Shown: in pieces, positions 1-10,101 of the stretch
How the letters are laid out: every line of letters begins with the position of its first letter
Numbering within the stretch: position 1 is the first letter of the stretch
DNA from: the human T2T-CHM13v2.0 reference genome, Homo sapiens
Strand: one strand, 5' to 3'
DNA: 64,000 nt
Assembly: GCF_009914755.1 (NCBI RefSeq)
Contig: NC_060932.1
The notes under the pieces: model-generated
The model's database searches: none
What the model was told of the DNA's origin: nothing
The model's input: the letters and a program-made list of their open reading frames with translations, nothing else
Made by a program: the position numbers and the translations under genes

Positions 1-364
1 AGACAATCCTAAGCAAAAAGAAAAAAATCAGAGGCATCACATTACCCTACTTCAAACTATATTACAAGGCTACAGTAACCAAAACAGCATGGTACTGATA
101 CAAAAATAGACACATAGACGAATGGAACAGGATAGAGATCCTTGAAATAATGCCACACACCTACACCCAACTGATTTTCAACAAAACTGAAAAAAAAAAA
201 CTATAGGAAAAGTATTCTCTGTTTAATAAATGGTGCTGGAAAAACTGGCTAGCCATATGCAGAAAAATGAAACTGGACCCTTATGTATCTCCATATACAA
301 AAATTCACTCAAGATGGATTAAAGATTTGAACGTAAGATCTTAAACTATAAAAATCCTGGATGA
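1..364 (+). mobile_element. L1 ORF2 3' region fragment (old L1PB/L1MA type), starts before the window
   Basis: Matches L1 ORF2 text (atcctaagcaaaaagaa...acagtaaccaaaacagcatggtactg...aaatggtgctggaaaaactggctagccatatgcaga); frame disrupted. Confidence 0.9.
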
Positions 365-410
365 GGCCGGGCGTGGTGGCTCACACCTGTAATCCCAGCA
401 CTTTAAGAGG
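365..410 (+). mobile_element. Alu 5' head only (about 45 nt)
   Basis: ggccgggcgtggtggctcacacctgtaatcccagcacttt, then abrupt loss of Alu similarity. Confidence 0.9.
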
Positions 411-910
411 GTAGTCAAGGTTCTTAGATGCAAATAACAGAAACCAACTAAGGTTGACTTTAACAATTAGCTTTTACTGTGTAACAAACCACTCCAAAAT
501 ATAATGCCACAAAATAAGAACCAGTGATGTAGTTCATGACTCAGTGGGCTGGCAATTTGTGCTGGACTCATTTTATTGTTGTTTTTAATCTGTGAGACAG
601 AAGTCAGCTATCATATGTAGAATGCCTCAGCTGGGGTTTCTTACCTCTGGATGACAAAGTTGTTCACTGTCCAACAGAGTTGCCAAGGTGCATTCATATT
701 GTGGCTGAAAAGATTTCCGAGATACTTAATGGAGAGCTTGTAAGTCTTCTTGTGACTCTGTCTTCGGAGTAGAAATTACTAAATTCCTGACACATTCTTT
801 TGGTCTAAGCAAATCAGAAGGATAAGATTTAAGGGATAGGGAAATAGATTCCACTTCATGCTGGGAAAAGCTACATATTCACATAGCAAGGACATAGATA
901 CACTGAGTTG
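411..910 (-). mobile_element. Degenerate MLT1-type (ERVL-MaLR) LTR fragments
   Basis: gtcaaggttcttagatgcaaataacagaaaccaact and attagcttttactgtgtaacaaaccactccaaaat resemble MLT1 termini; boundaries approximate. Confidence 0.55.
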
Positions 911-2292
911 AATAATTGATCACATGGGCTAAGCAAAAGAAAGGTAGGTCACAACATGACTCAGTAGTTTAGAGAATGAATTAGAGATTTGCCAGGATAT
1001 AAGGTGAGTTGAGTAGCCAAAATTACAACTAAAAGCACACCACAGAATTAGTCCAATGCCATCATCACTGCTGCTGACCCCTGGATGCTGCAGCCACCTA
1101 CCTCTACTGATGCTGTGGGTCAATGTCAAGTTCCACCCATGAAACAGGGTATTACTGCCACCCTGATGCCACAACCCCTTGGAATGGATGCTTCACTAGT
1201 TTTGTCCTGGTGATGCACTTTTGCTAAATAGGCCGTTTGCCTATGCCCCAGTTGCAAGGGGAGTGGGGAAAATGATTCTCTGGCCCTTTGGGCTTCCGGA
1301 TGAGGAAAAGTTGCTACATCCCAAGGAGACCATAAGGTGGGGAAGTTGCTAAAAATATTAAAAAGCTTAAGATTCTGGATGAAAGAAAAAAATGTGAAAT
1401 AGCCAACACGTGTTATCTCAGGACAAGTAGAAAGGGATTGAAGAGTCTAGAACTTAAAGTGTCCTGTCCAAAAACTTGTTTGTTTGTTTTCTCCTTGGAG
1501 CACAGCTGGGTGTCACCAAGGCTCACAGTGTAAGTTAGGGATGACAATTTGAAATCCAGTTAGGCATAGTGGAGTGAAATCCCAGCATTGGAGTTTCCTG
1601 GCCAAACCATGTTTCACCATGTGGTCACACAATTGAACCTCCTGGTTTGCAGGATGGTTCTTTGTGAGGTCTCACTCTTATTCTGCACCTTATACAGGCA
1701 GATGAAGAAGTCACACAACACAAGGCAGACAATGAAGAATGTGTGTGTTCGCTATGGCGGGAGCCCACTGTGGGTGTGGCGTGTGAGCACACAAAGCAGG
1801 CACATTGGAGTTCAGGTCATCTACAGGTTGTGTGGCCGAGGGACTCACCACTTCCTGCCTCTGTGTCCCATAAAATGATGACAGCTAGAAGGCACCTACC
1901 TCCTAGCTTTAAAGCTCATAACTTGTGAGCATTAAAAATATGTGAGCTGTGCTTATACAGTTGCAGTCAGTGAATGTTCATATTAGTCCTGTTATCCCTG
2001 GAGAATCACTTACTTATGTGGGTAAAGACATCAGAGAAGAAAACACAAGTCCAGGGGGCATATAAAACTTCAGCTAAGGTAACTTCTAAACTAATGAGGA
2101 AAGTGCATGTTTTTATTATTATATGAAGAATGTTCTTTTCTTTGTGAAGGTATTATGTTTCTTTGTAGAAGAGAAAGCTTTTAAGGGTGTTCACATTTCT
2201 ATGGCAACAGTAGCATCAAGGGAGTGGACCAGTTTTCCAATTCTATCCCACCTTCATAAGTGATTTTTCTTCATTCCATATGGCTATCACCA

Positions 2293-2924
2293 CAGTAGTT
2301 CTCCTTATCTGAGGTTTCACTTTCCAAGGTTTTAGTTATCTGTGGCCAACTGTGTTCCAAAAATATAAAATAGGAACTTCCAGAAATAAACAATTTATAA
2401 GTTTTAAATTGTGAGCCATTCTGACTAGTGCAAAGAAAACTCGAGCCATCTTACTCCATCCCACCTGGATGTGAATCCTCCCCTTGTTCAGTGTCTCCAC
2501 ACTGTCTATGACACCCACTGTGACTCACTTCATAGCGGTCTTGGTTATCAGATCAACTATTGTGGAATCACAGTGCTTGTGTTCAAGTCACCCTTTTTTA
2601 CTCAATGGCCCTAATGCTCAAGAGTAGTGATTTCAGTAGCAATTTGAGTAGCTCAAGCATAGCAATTTGGATATGCCAAAGAGAAGCCATAAAGTGCTTC
2701 CATTTAGTGAAAAGGTGAAAGTTCTTGACATAAGAATTTTTTTTTTTTAAAGTATACTGAGGATGCTAAGATCCAGGTAAGAATGAATTTTCAATCTATA
2801 AAATTGTGAAGAAAGAAAAAGAAATTCATGCATAGTACTGTATAGAGAGGGCTCAGTGCTATTCATGATTTCAGGCATCACCAGGGATCTTGGGACATAT
2901 CCTGCTTGGATAAGGGGGACACTG
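2293..2924. mobile_element. MER44-type (Tigger7-derived) non-autonomous DNA transposon
   Basis: Terminal inverted repeats cagtagttctccttatc ... ggataagggggacactg followed by TA. Confidence 0.8.
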
Positions 2925-2974
2925 TAATTGTGCTCTCACTGTGATCCAGGAAGCAGGTCAGACTCTTTACGTGA

Positions 2975-3135
2975 AGCACATTATTGTCCTTATCATTGAT
3001 CTCTCTAGCTTGGTGATCTGAGAACTGAAGTGCAGAAGGTTAATAACTTGCCTAATATTAAACAGCTAAGTGGCAGACCCAGGATTCAAACCCAGAGTCT
3101 GACTGCAGAGACTTAGTTTTCAAGAGCTGCCCTCA
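2975..3135 (-). mobile_element. MIR SINE
   Basis: aacttgcctaatattaaacagctaagtggcagacccaggattcaaacccagagtctgact is the reverse-complement MIR core. Confidence 0.8.
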
Positions 3136-3689
3136 CTCTTGAAGCCAGAGTCTCATCTCAGAGCCCAAGACCACCCCAGAGGACCCTGGCCCTAAACTGC
3201 TGTTGGCCAATAGCATGTACCCCAGCCCATCTACACAGAGTCTGAAGGAGCCTAGTGCAGGCCAGTGTCTTTCCTAATTGCAATGTTAGAATATCTAGGT
3301 CAACTGCTCTCAAAATAGATGTGTCATTGGGCTGCCCCTTTGTCTGCTGTTTACTTCTTCTAAGCACATTCTTCCTGGAAGTTGGTTGCTGTGGAAAATG
3401 GGCATAGTGCCTTCTACCTTGGATCATCAGCTAAGTGGCTAAAAACAGAGGTTGTTTGCAGAAACCCAATACTGTATTAATGCAAGGACTTCAGATGGGT
3501 GAGCTTGGTTATATGTTCAATCAAGGGAAGAGCATTTGTTTGTTTTAAGTAGATTAGTAAAGGGAAGTTATTCTAGCCTAAATCTTGTGGAATAAGTTGT
3601 TAGGTTCCAGAAACACTGTAATTAAGTCCAAGGTCACACTTAAGTCCCTCTCCACTCTTCGCAACTAAGGAAGCTGATGAGCACAAAAG

Positions 3690-4044
3690 ACAAGCACCTC
3701 ATGATCTCCAAAAAAAATCTAAAATCTAAAAATATCAAGCTCATAGTAGCAGAGAGTAGAATGGTGGTTGCCAGAAGCCAGGGGTTGGGGGAATGGGGAG
3801 ATGTTGGTCAAAGGATACAAAATTTCAGCTGGACAGGAGGAATAATTTCGGATCTATTGTACAACATGGTGACCATAATCATGACGTATTGTATACTTGA
3901 AAATTGCTGAGCAAGTAGATTTTGTGTTCTCGTTACAAAAAAGGGTAAGTATGTTAATTAGCCTGATTTAGCCATTCCACAATGTAGACATATTTCAAAA
4001 CATCATGGTGTACACCATAAATATATAGAATTTTGGTAAATTTA
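3690..4044 (+). mobile_element. L1MA-type 3' end, interrupted by the SVA; its tail resumes at 6192-6220
   Basis: gtagcagagagtagaatggtggttgccagaag...gccattccacaatgtagacatatttcaaaacatcatggtgtacaccataaatatata. Confidence 0.85.
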
Positions 4045-4716
4045 TTTTTATTATTTTTTAATAAGAACATAAAAATTTATTCTGTTAATTGACTAAAATA
4101 TTTTATAACTATAGTTTTGATAACATAAGTTTCTATGTTTTTGTGTATAATTTTAAAGAGGAAAAATGAAAACATGTTCGTATTTTGCTTAAAAGTTATC
4201 AACTTAAAGGTAAATACATTTAAAAGAGCATAATTTTTTTTCCTGTAACATACTCATTCTGTATCAAAGTTATTCTCTGTCCAAAAAGCATTTTTCAGCA
4301 TTGCAGATGGAGTCAAGAGATTTTTTAAATAACTGTACCAGTCATGACTATGAAAGTATAGTCCTACTTCACCCTGATATGGAAAGTTTATTAACTGGAA
4401 ACACAAAGTCATTTTTTTCCCTTGTTATGTCTGTCTTAGACTGTTCAGACTGCTATAACAAAGTACCTCAGATTGGGTAACATAAAAAATAGAAATGTAT
4501 TTCTCACAGTTGTGGAGGCTTGGAGGTTCAAATTTAAGGCACCAGTAATATCTGGTTGAGGGCCTGCTTCCTAGATCAGACATGGTGACTTCTTGTTGTG
4601 TCCTTACATAGTAGAAGGGGCAAACATGCACCATTCAGGTCTCTTTTATTATTATTATTTTTTTTACCAACCTCAGATTATTCGTTTAATAACATCTTTA
4701 CAGGTATCCATCATTC
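4045..4716 (-). other. Two serial SVA 3' transductions (4060-4643 and 4666-4716), each closed by its own poly(A) remnant
   Basis: T-tracts at 4045-4059 and 4644-4665; minus-strand AATAAA 4076-4081 and ATTAAA 4685-4690; all inside the TSD TGGTAAATTTA (4034-4044 / 6192-6202). Confidence 0.8.
4428..4647 (-). mobile_element. MLT1A-type LTR half, inside the transduced segment
   Basis: tgtcttagactgttcagactgctataacaaagtacc...atttctcacagttgtggaggcttggagg; stops at ggtctctttt with no continuation beyond the SVA. Confidence 0.75.
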
Positions 4717-6191
4717 TTTTTTTTTTTCTTTTTTTAGTATTTATTGATCATTCTTGGGTGTTTCTCGGAGTGGGGGATTTGGCAGGGTCATAGGGCAATA
4801 GTGGAGAGAAGGTCAGCAGGTAAACATGTGAACAAAGGTCTCTGGTTTTCCTAGGCAGAGGACCCTGTGGCCTTCCGTAGTGTTTGTGTCCCTGGGTACT
4901 TGAGATGAGGGAGTGGTGATGACTCTTAACGAGCATGCTGCCTTCAAGCATCTGTTTAACAAAGCACATCTTGCACCACCCTTAATCCATTTAACCCTGA
5001 GTTGACACAGCACATGTTTCAGAGAGCACGGGGTTGGGGGTAAGGTATAGATTAACAGCATCCCAAGGCAGAAGAATTTTTTCTTATTACAGAACAAAAT
5101 GGAGCCTCCTATGTCTACTTCTTTCTACACAGACACAGTAACAATCTGATCTCTCTTTCTTTTCCCCACATTTCCCCCTTTTCTATTTGACAAAACCGCC
5201 ATCGTCATCATGGCCTGTTCTCAATGAGCTGTTGGGTAAACCTTCCAGACGGGGTGGCGGCCAGGCAGAGGGGCTCCTCACTTCCCAGACCTGGCGGCCG
5301 GGCAGAGGCGCCCCCCACCTCCCAGACGGGGCAGCTGCCGGGCGGGGGCACCCCCCCACCTCCCAGACAGGGTGGCTGCCAGGCGGGGGCGCCCCCCACC
5401 TCCCAGACAGGGCGGCCGGGTGGAGACGCTCCTCACTTCCAGATGGGGTGGCTGGGCAGAGGCGCTCCTCAGTTCCCAGATGGGGTCGCGGCCGGGCAGA
5501 GGTGCTCCTCACATTCCAGATGGGGTGGCCGGGCAGAGGCGCTCTCCACATCCCAGATGATGGGTGGCCAGGCAGAGACGTTCCTCACTTCCTAGATGGG
5601 ATGACGGCCGGGAAGAGGCGCTCCTCACTTCCCAGACTGGGCGGCCTGGCAGAGGGGCTCATCACATCCCAGATGATGGGCGGCCAGGCAGAGATGCTCC
5701 TCACTTCCTAGACGGGGTGGCGGCCAGGCAGAGGCTGCAATCTCAGCACTTTGGGAGGCCAAGGCAGGCGGCTGGGAGGTGGAGGTTGTAGCGAGCCGAG
5801 ATCATGCCACTGCACTCCAGCCTGGGCAACATTGAGCACTGAGTGAGCGAGACTCCGTCTGCAATCCTGGCACCTCGGGAGGCCAAGGCAGGCAAATCAC
5901 TAGAGGTCAGGAGCTGGAGACCAGCCCAGCCAACACGGCGAAACCCTGTCTCCACCAAAAAATACAAAAACCAGTCAGGCGTGGCGGCATGCACCTGCAA
6001 TCCCAGGCACTTGGCAGGCTGAGGCAGGAGAATCAGGCAGGGAGGTTGCAGTGAGCCGAGATTGCGGCAGTACAGTCCAGCCTTGGCAACAGAGGGATAC
6101 CATGGAAAGCGGGAGACAGAGACGAGGGAGAGTGGGAGACCGTGGAAAGCGGGAGACAGAGACGACGAGGGAGACGGAGAGGGAGAGGGAG
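4717..6191 (-). mobile_element. Near full-length SVA retrotransposon, older subfamily (SVA_A/B-like)
   Basis: Poly(A) 4717-4735, AATAAA 4740-4745 (minus), SINE-R about 4736-5235, GC-rich VNTR about 5240-5730, Alu-like domain about 5730-6100, degenerate CCCTCT hexamers about 6100-6191. Confidence 0.97.
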
Positions 6192-7399
6192 TGGTAAATT
6201 TAATAAATAAATTTTTTAAATGAAGCTGATGGTTAGAGCTGGTCTTTACTCAAAGCATCAGCATATTAAAATTTTAATCACAAAATTACTTTAAAAATGT
6301 GTGTGTGTGTGTGTGTATGAAATAACCTAAGTGGATAGATTATTTGTGTCATTTTAAATACTCAGTCTTGTTGAGAACTAATGTTGAACCAATCTTAGGT
6401 AGTTTTAAAATCACTCATCACTGATTTGGAAACAGGGAGTATTAGCCCTTTTAGGAGCCCCTGTGTTCTGTTAAAGGATTTAAGAACGAGGCATCAGAAG
6501 CACCCATCACTTAAACACAGTGAAGTCAGTGCAGTGCTCAGCTTTCAGGCTGTGCTGGGGATTCCCAGGGGGCTTTTAACCCAGCGGGCCAGTCAGGGAG
6601 GTGCCTACCTGGGGGAGATGAGCTTCAGTAGTTAGGCAGGAGTGATCAGGCAGGATCATGTGATGGGCCACTTTTTGTAGGTCAAAAATCATCAGTTTTG
6701 CATAGTTCAACCTAATCATCAACATAGTAGTATCTGGACAGAGGACAGAATAGGAGCAGGCAAATGTCTTATTGTCCCTTTCCCATGGTCTGAGCTCAGG
6801 ATGTGCCTCAGGGTCCTTGGCCTCCATAGAAGCTCACTCCTCTTTCCCCCACAGCCTGTGACTAAAGATGTGGGGTGACTCCTCCTCTGCAAGGGACAGG
6901 CTTTTGTTCCTTGTTGAGCTACAATAGCAGTGAGTCTTTCTTCCCTTGTCACAGGTGTGGGCCACGTGTGGCAATAGTAGGAAGAGGAAAGGGAAAACCC
7001 CATTAAACGATGGTTGGGTACTCATCCAATGTCAAGAGCAGATGCTGGTGAACTCATGCGGTAGTCATTGCATAATGTGTCTACACACAGGAACTGTAAG
7101 CCTGTGGAGGAGGGCTTCTCACAGGAGGCCAACAGATCTCAGACCTTGTTGGCGGTATGATTATGGCTTTAGGTTGCCATTGATATTTGAATAATTTTAA
7201 TTTCCAGCTTTTACATAGTAACTGCCCCCACGACTGATTGCTTTGTATTTTGTGAACTCGATTCATGTGTTATCTCTCCCAAAGAGCTGCAACTTCCCGA
7301 GAGCTTGGGGACTGTTATATTTCCTTGCACCCCCAGCACCTACAGAAGGAGAAGGGAAATGAGGGAAATAAATGGCAATCTAGTGCTAGCACCAGCTAT

Positions 7400-7560
7400 A
7401 CAGTCTATAAACATTGCTCTCTGTTTAAGTCCTTATGTAGATCCTTGGGAGTGGGTAATGTTATGATCTTAGATAACTGGGATTCAGAGATGGGGGAACT
7501 GTGCCTAACATCACAGGTGATAGAGTCCGGATTCAAATCCAGGTCTGCCTGGCTCCAGAG
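7400..7560 (-). mobile_element. MIR SINE
   Basis: agagtccggattcaaatccaggtctgcctggctccagag core. Confidence 0.7.
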
Positions 7561-9984
7561 CAGCTGCTGGCTCTCTATCCCATGCTGCCTCCAGTGCAAC
7601 CACTGCTGTGCAGAAGATGCTTACAAAATGTTTGTTGGTCATGTGACTCAAACTTTCCTTGGAACTGCTTCCAGTTGCACCTGCACAATGATATTTGATA
7701 CTTGTCATGTGCACACAATATCTTGAGTGTAAATATATTGCAAAATGTGCCATCTTTTTACAATTAGTGCATGGTAAACATTAGGATAAGATGCATAGTC
7801 AAGTTAATGAACACTGTGCTGGCCCAGATGGAAAGAAAAGGGGATATTTGAGCTCTGAAAACTGCATTGTCAAAAGCTTTTCTTAGCTTATTAATTTTTC
7901 AAATCTGATGAACTATTCTTAGTGCATCTGGATACAACAAAGGCCACTGATGTTACTGATGGGAAGTATGATTTGTCAACAGCTCTTCCAGTAGCTGTGC
8001 TATGATGGGGACCTCTTCTGGGGGATGTTTGTGGGGAGGAGGTGGGTTTCATCCAGAATCACCAGCCAACTATCTCCTTTTGACAGGTTAAGCCTGTCTT
8101 CCTTCTGAGACTGATGGAACAGATGTCACCCTCTTATGTGAGATCCCCACTTGCACTCAGAGGGGAGTGACTCCCTCACACTCCCTGAAGGGGCAGGCCT
8201 AGGAAAACCCAGGTGAAAGGCTAAAGGCTGACCAGTGGGAAGAGCTGGCTGCCCATTGAAAGCCAGCCTTCAAAACCATCACTGTCACTCTGCACAAAGA
8301 CCTCTGCATTTGACAGTTACCTCTACTGACCACTGTATTTCCTAGATTCAAAGGCAAATAAAACCAACTCTGTCCTTCCGCACTCAAAAGGAAGTCCTGA
8401 AGGGGAATCTAAGGCAGCCAGGACAATGAGAATGGGTGCCCTCCTGCCATGCAGCTCTCTCTGCAGGACATGGGAGAGGGATGCAGTGCAGTGGGTACAG
8501 AGATGAGAGCAGCTTCCAGCCATGGGCAGAGAGTCTTTCTTGGGCCCACAGGCACATAGCTGACACCAGAGATCTGTGCCTACACAGTATTTTAAGGTTA
8601 AACTTACTTGGAACATTTCTTTTCTATGTTTCCACATCTGTGTTAATAATTATATCTTTTTATTTTCAGGTTTATCTTCTTTAGTATGCTGAAACATAGT
8701 TTCACTATTAGGTAGATTTTATTGCCCTGGGGAATAAAAATATTTTTAACTAAAATTTCTTGATATTTTCAGAACCATTTCTGGTTGGAATCTTTCCTTG
8801 GTCTCCCAACATCTCTGAATTTGGAACTATATTATGAATTTCCAAATACATCTCCATGTCCTTCTCATTTGCATGGGTATGAATAAGTGAGGCTACTTGG
8901 AAAGAGAACTAGACATTTGGGGATAAAAAGGCCACCTTTCCACTATGTTTTCCAATTTGATCATGATGGATGAGCCATTCATCTGTCTCAGTGTCTGGCT
9001 ACATTTGGATCACAGTCAAGGGAAAAGCATGATTACAGCCATCATCCTCCCTTGGCTGAGATAAAGCCACCTGGAAATGCAACGTGACTGAATGCGGAGA
9101 GCTCTCTGGGGTTCTCCGTGTCTACGCGTGTGTGTGCATGCATGTGTCTTAATTTAAGTAACAGGAATATTAAGAAAACAACACCTTTCTCTCTACAATA
9201 TTTTTGTTATATACATCTTTCTAATATCTTTCAGATAATAAAATGACCATGCAGCAGAAAACCAGAAAACAGAAAAGCAGAAAAACAGTTGGTGTTAAAT
9301 GAAGTTGCAGCTTGATCACTAACTACACTTCGTTTTCTGGAAAGTTGTCAATTTAAGTTGCATTTAATTCATTTTACTGAAGGTAAAACTGCCTAACTAA
9401 ACCATTCAATGCTTAGCGACCAAGCAACATCATGCAAACATTTAGAATGATCAGCAAGGCACAGGCACATGTAAGAAACAGAGAAAAACATTAATATCCT
9501 AGAATCTACATCTTCGTGTAACATAATATTCAGAAACGATCAGCTTCATGTCTTCTAGTCATGTATTTGAAATGAAGCCTGTCAACCAGTGGGTGCATCA
9601 TTCCATGAATTGGGATTTTTAAATGACTTCCTTTAATAGAATGTGGTCCACCCGACAGTGGTTGTAAAATGTGTAACCATGTTGCCCCAAGCTACTGCCT
9701 TTGGGAGAACTGCAGTTACACGAGATGATAAGCACCAAGGCAAACATTTTCAAACTGGACCCTATGCAAGAGGTGGTCAATATGGAGAAAGGGATGGAGG
9801 TGTTGGCCCACAGGCTCCTGTGTTGTTGGTCATGGACAGCCCCCTACCCATACAGACATACACTACCCTGGCAGCCCTTGGTTCTCTCACCCTGTACATG
9901 GGCCGGAGTGGGCTCCACTACCACTCCTCACAGTGAGAGATACATGCTGGAGCTGAGGTGGAGTGCTGTCAGTCAGCTCCTGGC

Positions 9985-10101
9985 CTGAGGGAGGGGTGCT
10001 AGTGGCCTCTAGGGCATGGAGGCCAAGGCTGCTACTGAACATCCTACAATGGGCAGGGCCTCCCCACGTCACAGCTGCAGTGCTCAGGTGGAGACCCCTG
10101 G
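9985..10101. mobile_element. MER20 (hAT-Charlie) fragment
   Basis: ggggtgctagtggcctctagggcatggaggccaaggctgctactgaacatcctacaatg...ggtggagacccctg. Confidence 0.75.

Noticed and set aside
5240-5730. Repeat-spacer appearance (ctcctcacttcccaga units) resembling a CRISPR array
   Set aside because: SVA VNTR: the spacers are related to each other, the context is eukaryotic and there are no cas genes
5183-6000. Cluster of overlapping GC-rich ORFs up to 174 aa
   Set aside because: They are the stop-poor SVA VNTR and Alu-like domain, not genes
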